From Candidatus Bathyarchaeota archaeon (lineage in GTDB: Archaea > Thermoproteota > Bathyarchaeia > Bathyarchaeales > Bathycorpusculaceae), in the NCBI GenBank assembly GCA_963702095.1, contig OY969706.1, positions 2,560,001 through 2,624,000 on the forward strand: 64,000 bases of DNA, written 5' to 3'. The notes below the pieces were generated by a model that was given only the letters and a program-made list of their open reading frames with translations, did not search any database and was not told where the DNA came from. A program made the position numbers and the translations under genes. Numbering within the stretch: position 1 is the stretch's first letter; each line of letters opens with the position of its first letter. Shown in pieces: positions 39,236 through 49,245 of this stretch.

Positions 39236-41758
39236 TTACCAGTTTAGGTCTGCTTTTTTCACTAAAGCCACTTTTATTAGATCATTCACTGTGAAGGCGA
39301 ATAGCGCAGAAAACGCCAAAATAATGAGGGTCTGCTCTAAATTAACGGGTGCTAATCCCGGTATCCCTGTGGTAACTATGACTGTGGCGATGATGATGGT
39401 CAATATGTTGAAGAAGAGCAGTGCTTTGCTAGGTTTTGAACTCCAGAAGAATCCTCTTTCGCGAACGTTAAAAATGATAAGAGTGGACGAATAAAACAAG
39501 ATTTCAAAAGTGAAAGTATAGAGGGCAGAGGTACCTAGACCAATATGGAACCATATGAGCACGATGTAGAATAAAATGAACGATTCCAGAGTAATCAGAA
39601 AACCGAGAATTATTGAGGCTTTTACGGCGGTACCTATTTTCCAAGTGTCCGGTTTCTGGGACCATCGCAAGTTGTCAGTAGATAACGATATTTTGACAAA
39701 GTCAGTTAAGAAAAAAAGCAAGATTACAGTGTAAGCAGTGATGATGTAGCTGCCTGTGAGAATGAATGCCAAAACTACAAAGATGGCAATTTGGAGGGTT
39801 CTAGCAACCTTGTTAAGTATCCAAGCTGTTATCCGCTCATAAATCACTCTCCCATTTTTAACCAAATCCACAATGCTAGTTAAGCCCTCATTCACCAGAA
39901 CCACGCTAGCTGCACTCTTAGCCACGTCAGTCGCGTTACTTACCGCTATCCCCACCTCAGCCTGCTTCAACGCCGGAGCATCATTCACTCCATCGCCAGT
40001 CATACCCACTATATGGTCGCCGGCTTGTAGGCTTTTGACGATCGTGTATTTGTCTTCTGGAAAAACCTCTGCGAATCCGCCACTTTCTTCTGCTTGCGTT
40101 TGAGCTTCGAGCGGGTCCTCTTTTATGTATGCTTTGAGGTCAGAGGCATTTGTGATTTTTCCAGATAATTCAACGTTTTTGGCGATTTCCTTCGCTATTG
40201 GTAGAGCATCACCAGTCAGCATTTTAACGGAGACGCCTAACTCTTGCAGTTGGGTGATAAGCTGTTTCGAATCCGGTCGAGGCATGTCATAGAGAGCAAC
40301 TAACCCCACAAGAAGCGGTATGCCTTTGAGGCTTGTTTTTGCAACTGCCAGAGTTCGGTATCCTTTTGCTGCGTAATCATGCGTTTGAGATTCAAGCGTA
40401 TCTAATGTGGCTGCGTCAATTTTGCAGGCTTGTGCTATTGTTCTAACTGCACCCTTCATGACGGTAAACTGTACGGCATCTTTTTGCAGGATTGCTTCTG
40501 TACGTCTTGTCATCGCATCGAACGGAGTGAATTCTTTTTGCTTGTACTCGTGTGTCGGCAACTTCTGCTGGTTTGCCAGGTTTAGGAACGCTAAGTCAAT
40601 TGGGTCCTGATTGGCTTCCTGTGAAGCTAAAGCGCCGAAGAGTACGACAGCCTGTTCAGTGAACCCCTTTTGTGGAAATATCTTTGCTATTGAGAGTTTA
40701 TTCAGGGTTATTGTTCCTGTTTTGTCGGCGCAAAGAACATTCATGGTTGCCGCATCTTCAGCCGCGTTTAGACGTGTGACAAGAACACCTTTTCTAGAAA
40801 GTTCCATAGCGCCTATCGACATGCTGACTGTAAACATAGCAGGCAAAGCCACTGGAATCGCCGATAACAAGAGAACCAACACAATGGGCAGCACTTCTAA
40901 AAGTGTGAACCCACGGAGAAAGGAGAAAACTAAGGCTACCGCAATCAAAACAGAGACAATCACTAGTAGCCATCTTACCACGTTAGAGATGACTTTTTCT
41001 ATATGCAGTTTGGGTCTTGCTAACTGAACAAGTTGAGCTGTGCGACCAAAGTAAGTTTTCACTCCTGTGGAAACCACTACACCGCTGGATTCGCCCTTTT
41101 TTACGATGGACCCCGAATAGAGGAGGTCGCCGGATTTTTTCTCAACCGTAAGAGATTCTCCGGTAAGGGCGGATTGGTCAATTTCGACGTTACCCGTCGC
41201 CAGGTTCACGTCGGCAGGTATAAAATCGCCTGCTCTAATTCGGACGACATCACCAGGCACTAATTCTTTGGCTGGCAGAATCTTCCATGCGTTATCTCTC
41301 AGAACCCGAGCGTTGACACGGAGTTTTTCTTTTAGGGCTTCAACTGCACCTGAGGCTCTCTGTTCTTCTTCAAAGCTTAATGCTGCATTGAATATTAGTA
41401 GACCTAAAACTATGTAGACGTCAACGTAGTTCTGCATGTAGAGTGACAACACTATTATCACTTCTAGCATCCAAGCGGTTAAGCCCCAAAACTTCTTAAG
41501 AAAACTCAAAAGGGCGTTAGGCTTCTTTTCGGTGACTTCGTTGAAACCATATTTTTTGAGTCGCTGCTCAGCTTCAGTTTGACTTAGCCCTGCCAAGTCC
41601 AAAGGACTCGGTACACTTGCAACTCCATTATCCTCTGAAAAATTCTTAGATTCTTTAAATGCCAAAAAAGCTCCCAGATGGCGTTCAAAATATTTACGTT
41701 TATCCTTAAAGAAGGTTTTAGCTGTGCAGGTAATATATATGGAGAGAGGTTGGGACAA
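39236..41758 (-). CDS. Plasma-membrane-type proton-efflux P-type ATPase (P3A); true start probably near 41600
   Basis: TGES, IPVALP, CADKTGT, DPID, KGA, MLTGD, TGDGVNDAPALK. Confidence 0.9.
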   Translation of the reverse strand: MSQPLSIYITCTAKTFFKDKRKYFERHLGAFLAFKESKNFSEDNGVASVPSPLDLAGLSQTEAEQRLKKYGFNEVTEKKPNALLSFLKKFWGLTAWMLEVIIVLSLYMQNYVDVYIVLGLLIFNAALSFEEEQRASGAVEALKEKLRVNARVLRDNAWKILPAKELVPGDVVRIRAGDFIPADVNLATGNVEIDQSALTGESLTVEKKSGDLLYSGSIVKKGESSGVVVSTGVKTYFGRTAQLVQLARPKLHIEKVISNVVRWLLVIVSVLIAVALVFSFLRGFTLLEVLPIVLVLLLSAIPVALPAMFTVSMSIGAMELSRKGVLVTRLNAAEDAATMNVLCADKTGTITLNKLSIAKIFPQKGFTEQAVVLFGALASQEANQDPIDLAFLNLANQQKLPTHEYKQKEFTPFDAMTRRTEAILQKDAVQFTVMKGAVRTIAQACKIDAATLDTLESQTHDYAAKGYRTLAVAKTSLKGIPLLVGLVALYDMPRPDSKQLITQLQELGVSVKMLTGDALPIAKEIAKNVELSGKITNASDLKAYIKEDPLEAQTQAEESGGFAEVFPEDKYTIVKSLQAGDHIVGMTGDGVNDAPALKQAEVGIAVSNATDVAKSAASVVLVNEGLTSIVDLVKNGRVIYERITAWILNKVARTLQIAIFVVLAFILTGSYIITAYTVILLFFLTDFVKISLSTDNLRWSQKPDTWKIGTAVKASIILGFLITLESFILFYIVLIWFHIGLGTSALYTFTFEILFYSSTLIIFNVRERGFFWSSKPSKALLFFNILTIIIATVIVTTGIPGLAPVNLEQTLIILAFSALFAFTVNDLIKVALVKKADLNW

Positions 41759-42053
41759 AAAATTTTTGCTAGGCGGATTTAGCCTTGTGTTAACAGTGGT
41801 GGAGGCATAAAAGTTGGGGGTACTGTTGCCTTCTCCTTGTTAACAGCCGAACCCGCTTAACCTCGTTGGCTATCCCTTGCATTGCTACCAACCAATTTAG
41901 TGGTTTTTGGATATAAGAGAATGTGGTTGCATGTTGCCTACAACAAGGGGCCTATTTGGCGCCTATTAGAAACATTTTGCAGAACCCTAAGAGGGATAGG
42001 TCTGCATTGGTTGAGAAGCAGTCTGTTGGTATGTTGGCTTTTTTCCTGTTATA

Positions 42054-42233
42054 TATCGGTAGATCAAATTTGTCGGATATGCTTGAGGTTTGTTCCACAA
42101 CCAGCCAGCAACCCTTTCCGTTGTCGAACAAAAAACGCGGTTGCCTGCCAAGCCCACAGGAAGAAGATGAGCAAGGGCGGCTTTGCCTTCTTCTTAAACT
42201 AGAAAAAACAAAAGAGCCCAAATTTTCATCTAC
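42054..42233 (+). repeat. Dispersed element, subfamily B copy B2
   Basis: GTAGATCAAATTTG..GCTTGAGG..ACAACCAG (42097)..GGAAGAAGATGAGCAAGGGCGGCTTTGCCTTCTTC..ACTAGAAAAAA..CAAATTTTCATCTAC. Confidence 0.85.
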
Positions 42234-42352
42234 AAATAAGAAGAAGGGGAGAGCTCCTCAGAGCAACAGAAACGGGTTTGTTTTTTGGGAAAAAGTTATA
42301 GCGTAGGTGGACATTAAGCCTACAACAACACTCATTGGATGGTATTTGCTTT

Positions 42353-43435
42353 ATGGCTGAAATTCGTGTTGCTTTAATCGGCGTTGGCAACAGCGCTTCT
42401 GCTCTTGTCCAAGGAACCCAATACTACAAAGACGCAAAAGACGGAGAAACCGTCCCCGGCTTAATGCACGTGGTCTACGGCGACTACCACATCCGCGACA
42501 TACACTTCGTCGCCGCGTTTGAAGTTAACAAAGAAAAAATCGGCAAAGACCTCTCCGAGGCAATTTGGGTCAAACCCAACTGCTGCGAAAAATTCTCTGA
42601 CGTCCCACACCTCGGCGTCACCGTTTCACCCGCACCAATCCTCGACGGCGTCGCACCCCACATGCGAGAAGTCTTCAACGTCTACGACGGATCAGCAACC
42701 AAAGAATCCATCGTCCAAACCCTCAAAGACACCAAAACACAGGTCCTCGTCAACTACCTCCCAGTCGGCAGCCACGACGCAGTCCGATTCTACGCACAAT
42801 GCGCCATAGACGCAGGATGCGCATTCGTCAACTGCATGCCCGAATTCATCGGCAGCGACGCATCGGGTGAATGGCCTAAAAAGTTTGAGCAAGCCGGCTT
42901 ACCCGTCTTGGGCGACGACATCAAAAGCCAAGTCGGCGCAACCATACTGCACCGGCAGCTTGTGAGGCTCTGTTTGGACCGCGGAGTCATCGTTGACGAA
43001 ACCTACCAGCTTAACCTCGGCGGAGACACTGATTTCCAGAACATGACCGTGGAGGGCCGCCTCAAAAGCAAGCGCATAAGCAAAACCGAAGCCGTCACAT
43101 CCCTAGTCCCCTACGCTTTGCCCACACGCATCGGTCCCAGTGATTTCGTGCCGTTCCTTAAGAACAAAAAAATCTGCTACATCTCTTTGAAAGGTCGCAA
43201 ATTCGGCGACCGTCCCATAAACATCAGCGTCAAACTCGAAGTCGAGGACAGCCCAAACAGCGGCGGAGTCGTCATCGACCTTATCCGCGCTGCCAAAATC
43301 GCGTTGGACCGAAAAATCGCTGGTACACTGCTAAGCATGCCTTCATATGCCTTTAAGCATCCGCCCGTCCAAGTCCCCGACAACCAAGCCCGCCAATGGA
43401 CAGAAGAATGGATTGCAGGCAAACGCGAACGCTAA
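42353..43435 (+). CDS. ino1: myo-inositol-1-phosphate synthase
   Basis: GVGNSASALVQG, NYLPVGS, GDDIKSQVGAT, QLNLGGDTDF, SKRISKT, DSPNSGG. Confidence 0.93.
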   Translation: MAEIRVALIGVGNSASALVQGTQYYKDAKDGETVPGLMHVVYGDYHIRDIHFVAAFEVNKEKIGKDLSEAIWVKPNCCEKFSDVPHLGVTVSPAPILDGVAPHMREVFNVYDGSATKESIVQTLKDTKTQVLVNYLPVGSHDAVRFYAQCAIDAGCAFVNCMPEFIGSDASGEWPKKFEQAGLPVLGDDIKSQVGATILHRQLVRLCLDRGVIVDETYQLNLGGDTDFQNMTVEGRLKSKRISKTEAVTSLVPYALPTRIGPSDFVPFLKNKKICYISLKGRKFGDRPINISVKLEVEDSPNSGGVVIDLIRAAKIALDRKIAGTLLSMPSYAFKHPPVQVPDNQARQWTEEWIAGKRER

Positions 43436-43516
43436 CTGTCCAGTTTCTTCTAAAATAACCTTTTATAGGTTACCTATACTATCTCCTTTTCAGAACACAC
43501 AGAAGGTACAGTTATT

Positions 43517-43936
43517 ATGGTTAAAGTGGAACAGTACGAAGTACCCGAAGGACTCTACTACTCAAAAGATTTTGCGTGGGCAAAAGTTGAAGGCGACAAA
43601 GTTCGAGTCGGCATAACAGATTACGCACAAAAATCCCTACGTGAAATCGTCTACGCTGAGCTTCCAAGTGCAGGGTCAGAAATCAGACAAAACGAGCCAT
43701 ATGGCACCCTCGAATCCGTCAAAGCAGTATCTGACCTCGTCGCACCCATAAGCGGCACAGTCCAAGAGATCAACGAAGAAGTCCAATCTAAACCCGAAAC
43801 CCTAAACGAAGACCCTTATGGCAAAGGCTGGCTCCTCATCGTTAAACCCAGCAACCTCCAAGCCGACCTCGCCAACCTACTGGACTTCGACAAAGCTGTA
43901 GAGTGGCATAAGGCTCAGTCAGCGGGCAAATGCTAA
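43517..43936 (+). CDS. gcvH: Glycine cleavage H / lipoyl-carrier protein
   Basis: VGITDYAQ, ESVKAVS lipoyl-Lys, APISG, NEDPYGKGW. Confidence 0.92.
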   Translation: MVKVEQYEVPEGLYYSKDFAWAKVEGDKVRVGITDYAQKSLREIVYAELPSAGSEIRQNEPYGTLESVKAVSDLVAPISGTVQEINEEVQSKPETLNEDPYGKGWLLIVKPSNLQADLANLLDFDKAVEWHKAQSAGKC

Positions 43937-43946
43937 GGCGAAGCTG

Positions 43947-45293
43947 ATGGCACGCCGCATCATAATCGTGGGCGCCAACGCATCCGGCATCGAATCAGCA
44001 TCCGCCGCGCGCAAAAAAGACCGCACCGCAGAAATCACATTGATTACTCAGGAGAAAACCGCAGGGTACAGCCGCTGCGGATTGCCCTTTGTCATCGGCG
44101 GCAACATCAAAAGCTTCTCCGACCTTGTCGTTTATCCCCCAGCGTATTTCCAGATGCTTAAACTTGATTTGCGCTTGGAAACCACCGCCGCCGCAGTCAA
44201 CACCAAAGACAAAACCGTCACCGTCCAATCCAAAGACGGTCAAACCGAAACCCTCCCCTACGACGTCTTGGTCATAGCCACCGGAGCAGACTCGTTTATG
44301 CCTCCGATTAAAGGCAGAGAAAAACAGGGCATCCTCTCTTTGCGGGGCATTGAGGACGGCGAACGCATCGACGCCGCTGTTGCAGCAGGTGCCAAATCGG
44401 CGGTTATCATGGGTGCGGGTCTCATCGGCTTAGAGTTGGGTGTTGGCTTGATTGAGCGCGGCTTAAAAGTCACAATCGTAGAAATGCTCCCCCAGATACT
44501 GCCGCAGTTGCTTGACGCTGACATGGCTAAGCTGGTACAGGAGCATCTGGAAGGAAAAGGCATGCGGATTTTGCTTAACAAGGGTGTAGAGGAATTCTTA
44601 GGCGACGACCGCGTTACCGCAGTTAAAGCTGGCGGAGACATCATCGAAGCCGACCTCTTCATCAGCGCCTTTGGCGTGCGCGCATCTACCAAACTTGCCG
44701 CAGACGCAGGCATCCCGTTGGGCGAAACCCGCGCGATCAAAACCAACGCTCGAATGGAAACCGAAGTTAAAGACGTCTATGCCGTAGGCGACTGCGCCGA
44801 AGCCCCAAGCATCATCACCCACAAATGCACCTGTGCACAACTGGGCACCGTGGCGGTCCGCGAGGGCAAAGTGGCGGGTGCCAACGTAGGCGGCGGCTAC
44901 TCATTGTTCAGCGGCGTCTTGGCGTCGGCGGTTACACGATTATTCGATATTGAAGCAGGTAACACAGGTTTAACTGAAACCGCTGCAGCACGCAACCGCA
45001 TTGAAGTCATCACCGGCGCCATCAGCAGCAAAACCCGTGCCGACTACTTCCCAGGCGCTAAACCCATCAAGGTCAAGTTGGTCGTCGAAAAAGAAAGCCA
45101 ACGCATCATCGGCGCACAAGTTGTCGGAGGCGAAGAGGTCACCCAGCGCATTAACTGCCTGTCCTTTGCGATTCAAAAGGGCATGACGGTGCGTGAATTG
45201 GCTAAGGCGGATACGGCTTATGCACCGCCGCTCTGTGAAACTTGGGAGCCTATGGTGCTTGCCGCTGAAATGGTGCTTATGAAACTCCGCTAA
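43947..45293 (+). CDS. FAD-dependent pyridine nucleotide-disulfide oxidoreductase (NADH oxidase/CoA-disulfide reductase family)
   Basis: YSRCGLP single redox Cys, ATGA, GAGLIGLE, YAVGDC, AYAPP. Confidence 0.88.
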   Translation: MARRIIIVGANASGIESASAARKKDRTAEITLITQEKTAGYSRCGLPFVIGGNIKSFSDLVVYPPAYFQMLKLDLRLETTAAAVNTKDKTVTVQSKDGQTETLPYDVLVIATGADSFMPPIKGREKQGILSLRGIEDGERIDAAVAAGAKSAVIMGAGLIGLELGVGLIERGLKVTIVEMLPQILPQLLDADMAKLVQEHLEGKGMRILLNKGVEEFLGDDRVTAVKAGGDIIEADLFISAFGVRASTKLAADAGIPLGETRAIKTNARMETEVKDVYAVGDCAEAPSIITHKCTCAQLGTVAVREGKVAGANVGGGYSLFSGVLASAVTRLFDIEAGNTGLTETAAARNRIEVITGAISSKTRADYFPGAKPIKVKLVVEKESQRIIGAQVVGGEEVTQRINCLSFAIQKGMTVRELAKADTAYAPPLCETWEPMVLAAEMVLMKLR

Positions 45294-45423
45294 GCCCCTT
45301 TTTCCTTTTTACAACTTTATGAGCGTCCTATCCGCCAATAGGACATATCTTTCTTAGGATTTTTGTTTCTTGCTGTTTTCGGGCACCAACATACCCTTAA
45401 ATGCCACAACTCCCCAGCATCCC

Positions 45424-46233
45424 ATGTGGTTTTTGTTGCCTCAAACTCTGTCTCCAGACGCTAAAATCTCCGTCGCCGTCATCGCCATAGGAATCCTCAT
45501 ACTAGCAGCCGGCGGCTTCTTCTTACTCCTTAACCTAATCAACAATTTCCCAACTTACATGCCTCAACCCGTGGTTACCCAAGCCCGCAACTGGGCAGGC
45601 TACTTAGCCGCCAGCGACCTCGTAGACCCCGGTCCAAGCGTTGTTGCGGTCAATGGCTCTTGGACAGTGCCGGCGGTCAGCGACATTGGCTCCGACGCTT
45701 TTTCTGCCATTTGGGTTGGGGTCGGCGGCCAATTCGATAAAACTCTTATTCAGGCTGGAACTGAACAGGACTTCGTCGGCGGCGGACCCGTGTACTCCGC
45801 CTGGTACGAGATGTTGCCAGACAACTCCGTAACCATAGACGGCATAACCGTTTCCCCCGGAGACCGCATGGAAGCCCAAATCAGCTTAATCGACGCTAAC
45901 AGCAACCTTTGGTCCATCAACCTCATAGATGTGACCACTGGGCAGAGTTTTCAGCAGAACTTTACCTACACCTCCGAGCAGCTTAGTGCAGAGTGGATTA
46001 TCGAGCGCCCCCAAGTAAACAATCAACTCTCTGACCTAGCAAACTTCAGCCAACTAACCTTCACCGACTGCCACGCAACCATCGCCGAAAGAACCGGCAG
46101 TATCTCAGATTTTTCACATAGCGTCATCGAAATGGCTGCCCAAACTAGAAATAACCAATCCGTGCAACTAGTCAGCGTCTCCTCCCTCTCAAGCGACGGC
46201 ACACAGTTTACCGTCACCTACACCGCAGGGTAA
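45424..46233 (+). CDS. G1 family glutamic endopeptidase (eqolisin-like), membrane-anchored
   Basis: N-terminal TM, NWAGY, WVGVGG, LIQAGT (catalytic Q), AWYE, SAEWIIERP (catalytic E). Confidence 0.85.
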   Translation: MWFLLPQTLSPDAKISVAVIAIGILILAAGGFFLLLNLINNFPTYMPQPVVTQARNWAGYLAASDLVDPGPSVVAVNGSWTVPAVSDIGSDAFSAIWVGVGGQFDKTLIQAGTEQDFVGGGPVYSAWYEMLPDNSVTIDGITVSPGDRMEAQISLIDANSNLWSINLIDVTTGQSFQQNFTYTSEQLSAEWIIERPQVNNQLSDLANFSQLTFTDCHATIAERTGSISDFSHSVIEMAAQTRNNQSVQLVSVSSLSSDGTQFTVTYTAG

Positions 46234-46299
46234 TAGGCGGCGTTTGTTGCTCTCACGGATCGTCCCTTTCATGTTTGAAGGGCAAATTGTTTTTTTTCT

Positions 46300-46467
46300 T
46301 TATGTGGGTGTGGCGTTTCTCGGGATGCCCCAAGATTGGTTGAGGGGCGGTTGCTTTCTGGGTTTGCAACGTTTTTGTGCGCCTGTTTCGGTGTGGGATA
46401 TGCGTTTTCCTCCACACGCCCTGCATGGCGCCATGTTGAAACCGCTTCGGTGTGGATGTGAATGCAT
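46300..46467 (-). CDS. Possible small basic His/Cys protein
   Basis: MHSHPHRSG..CRAC..C, 55 aa; no family recognised. Confidence 0.25.
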   Translation of the reverse strand: MHSHPHRSGFNMAPCRACGGKRISHTETGAQKRCKPRKQPPLNQSWGIPRNATPT

Positions 46468-46586
46468 GTTACGTCTTTTTTGGGACTTACAACCCATCAA
46501 AAGCAGCGATACAGTCGGATAGTGGGCAGCTTAAGATAGCCGGAGTTTCGAAAGTATTATATTGCAAGACTTAACAATAAGAAGCC

Positions 46587-46700
46587 ATGAAAAGGCGAGC
46601 CGGTTGGAAACTAAAACTTGTCTTCTTCCCCGCGATTTTAGTCATATTGATCGTTTGTTGGATCCCTAGCCTAACTGAAAAAAGGGGTAGGCAACATTGA
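46587..46700 (+). CDS. Possible 37-aa single-TM protein
   Basis: MKRRAGWKLKLVFFPAILVILIVCWIPSLTEKRGRQH; TATTATA about 30 bp upstream. Confidence 0.3.
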   Translation: MKRRAGWKLKLVFFPAILVILIVCWIPSLTEKRGRQH

Positions 46701-46893
46701 AAACTATCTTTTGCCGCGTACTATAAGCGGGTAATCACTTGTTTGTCACCAAATCTGCCGCATTTGTCAACTGAAGGCTTTCCCCATTCAAGGCTTCATG
46801 TATTTGAAAAGAGGAACAAATGCTCTTTACCGGTGTTTGTTTTGGCAAAATTATTAAGTTACCGCTTACACTCTTTAGGGGTGTGTATGCTTC

Positions 46894-47262
46894 ATGAGTA
46901 AAGCTGAAGTCGCTGTGTCGTATGAGCCGTTCAAAGAAATCGTGATTATGGAGAAAACCCGCTTTAACGGTGCCGAAGAAATCGCCCGCTTCACCTCAGT
47001 CATTGCTGGAGGCAAGTTGGCTGGGCTGTATTGGGTGGACGGCGTCGTGTTCCTCTACTTTCCCTTAACCGCCTCAAACGTGGCTGTGGCACGGGAGTTG
47101 TTGGAGAAGCACCGTGTCTACTGGACGTATGTTGGTTACGCGTTGATGCCGCGGTATGCACCGACGATTGAGACGAAAGAAAAAATGATTGTGCCCGTCG
47201 TGGACATATCCAGCGACCCAATCCTCAAATCCGTGGCACAGTGGCTAAAAGAACAGCCCTAG
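46894..47262 (+). CDS. Hypothetical archaeal protein
   Basis: 122-aa ORF abutting ribK; LYWVDGVVF..IVPVVD. Confidence 0.7.
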   Translation: MSKAEVAVSYEPFKEIVIMEKTRFNGAEEIARFTSVIAGGKLAGLYWVDGVVFLYFPLTASNVAVARELLEKHRVYWTYVGYALMPRYAPTIETKEKMIVPVVDISSDPILKSVAQWLKEQP

Positions 47263-47661
47263 ATGGCGGCGGGTATGCCGCAGCTAATTTTTGAAGGCAA
47301 GGTGTTCTCTGGCAGAGGCGAGGGCAAACGCTTCGTCGGGTTGCCGTGGGTTAAGCGGCAGATCATGCAGAAAACAGGTTTTACCCCTTACGATGGTACC
47401 TTAAACTTGTGTTTAACTGGGGATTCAGTGGAGAAGAGGCGACAACTGGATCAGGCAAACGGGTCCGTGGTTGAGCCAGAAGCAGGTTTTTGTCCCGGCA
47501 TCCTCTTTAGAGGGTACATCGAAGGCTTAGAATGCGCAGTGATATTGCCCAAAGTCCCCAATTACCCCGTGGATATATTAGAAGTTGTTGCATCCCAAAA
47601 CCTGCGGTGCAGACTCGGGTTAGCCGACGGCAACACCGTGGCTGTGGCAGTTACTTTCTAG
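47263..47661 (+). CDS. ribK: CTP-dependent riboflavin kinase
   Basis: GKVFSGRGEGKRF, GFTPYDGTLN, LEVVASQNLR. Confidence 0.88.
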   Translation: MAAGMPQLIFEGKVFSGRGEGKRFVGLPWVKRQIMQKTGFTPYDGTLNLCLTGDSVEKRRQLDQANGSVVEPEAGFCPGILFRGYIEGLECAVILPKVPNYPVDILEVVASQNLRCRLGLADGNTVAVAVTF

Positions 47662-49169
47662 GCGCTACCTGCTGGATGGATGCTAGACCTTTTTTGAAGT
47701 TGGCAATATAGTTGTCGAGGGCACCGTTTTTCTTTAGGTATTCGCCGTATTGGACCAGTGCTTTCATGGCGCGGGCGGCGTCTTCGGGGCTGCCAAAGCT
47801 TGGGACACAGAGGCGATCAAAGCGGCCGCGGGTGTAGAGCGCCATTTCGGTTTCGCCGATGTCCACCATCACGATGGGTTTAGTGTATTTGTGGCTAATC
47901 GCTGCGATGCCGTCGATGTATTTTTCACGTAGCCCAGGCATGTGGTGTAATCCTAGGAGGATTAGGCCTTGCATTTGGGGGTCTTGGAACATGATGTCGG
48001 CGGATATTTCGAATTGTTCGTCGGTGACGGAGCCTGTTAGGTCGACCGGATTGTGGGTGGCGGCGATGGAGAGGATTTTGCCTTCGGCTTTGAGTTGTTC
48101 GAATTTGCTGTCGGTTTCTTTGTCAAAGCGGTCCACGGTTAAGCCTTGAACTTCGAGTTCGTCGACAGTCATGACGCCGGGTCCGCCTGCGTCAGTTAAA
48201 ATGCCGATGTTACGTCCAATGGCAGGAGGCTGCATCGCCAATGCTTTGCCAATGTCAAAGAAGTCCTCCATGTTAAGGGCACGTATGACTCCGCATTGTT
48301 CAAAGGCGGCATCGTAGATTTTGTCGCTGCCCGCGATGGCGCCTGTGTGGCTGGCTGCTGCACGTGCACCCGCTGAGCTGCGGCCTGACTTTATAACGAC
48401 CACTGGCTTTTTGAGGGTAACCTTCTTGGCGATTTCGAGGAATTGCCGCCCGTCCTTGACGTCTTCTATGTAGAGCAAGATGACAGTGGTTTCTTTGTCA
48501 TGCATAAGGTAGGCGAGTATGTCGGATTCAGAGACGTCGCTTTTGTTGCCAAAACTTACGAATTTCGACACGCCCATCTGGCGCCCAGTGAGGTAGTCCA
48601 GCGCGGCACAGCCAAAGGCGCCACTCTGAGTGACCATGGCTATGCTGCCTGGCAGCGGACGAGGCGTAGCCACCACTTCTTCGCCTGTGGTCAAAGTCTT
48701 GGTTTCAGGCAAAAACAGGGTGTCAATGCCGCTTTTGGAGTAGTAGACGCCTAGGCAGTTGGCCTAAGAGTCGGATGCCGCCTTTTTTGGCTATGGCGAT
48801 AACTTGGTCTTCTAATTCTTTGTTGCCGACTTCTTTAAAGCCCGCAGTGATGATGACCGCTGTCTTCACATTTTTTGTAACGGCTTCCTCCATTACGGAG
48901 GCAACGTACTTGGCTGGAACAATAATAACTATCAAATCGATTTCGTTGGCGGGAACCTTGCTTAGGGATGGGTAGCATCTAAAGCCCAGTATGCTGTCTT
49001 CGCCAGGGTTCACTGGGTAGAGTTCGCCTTTGTAGACGTCGCGTTGCTTGTTAGTTGCCAGGTTCTTAAAGATGACGTAGCCGGCTTTGTCCACTTTTTT
49101 TGTAGCGCCGATGACTGCGACTGAGTGAGGATTGAAGAATGCATCCAGTTTCTGTAGTGATTCATCCAT
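47651..49169 (-). CDS. acdA: ADP-forming acetate/acyl-CoA ligase alpha subunit (frameshift near 48762)
   Basis: SVAVIGAT, YPVNP, ITAGFKE; broken GPNCLG motif; TQSGA, FGNKSD, AASHTGA, NPVDLTG. Confidence 0.88.
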
Positions 49170-49245
49170 AGCGTGCACCAACGTATTTCCGCATAGACGT
49201 ACAAGCCATCTTTTATGTCTTACTTATACAAAAAGTAGTTTTCGG

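Noticed and set aside
41760-42050. ORFs or RNA gene in the ATPase-ino1 intergenic region
   Set aside because: The ORFs overlap element B2 and lack motifs; no convincing tRNA, SRP or RNase P structure was recognised
779-49169. Five frameshifted genes as true pseudogenes or programmed frameshifts
   Set aside because: Each has a single indel with otherwise intact motifs, there are no slippery heptamers, and the shared GGCC context favours sequencing error
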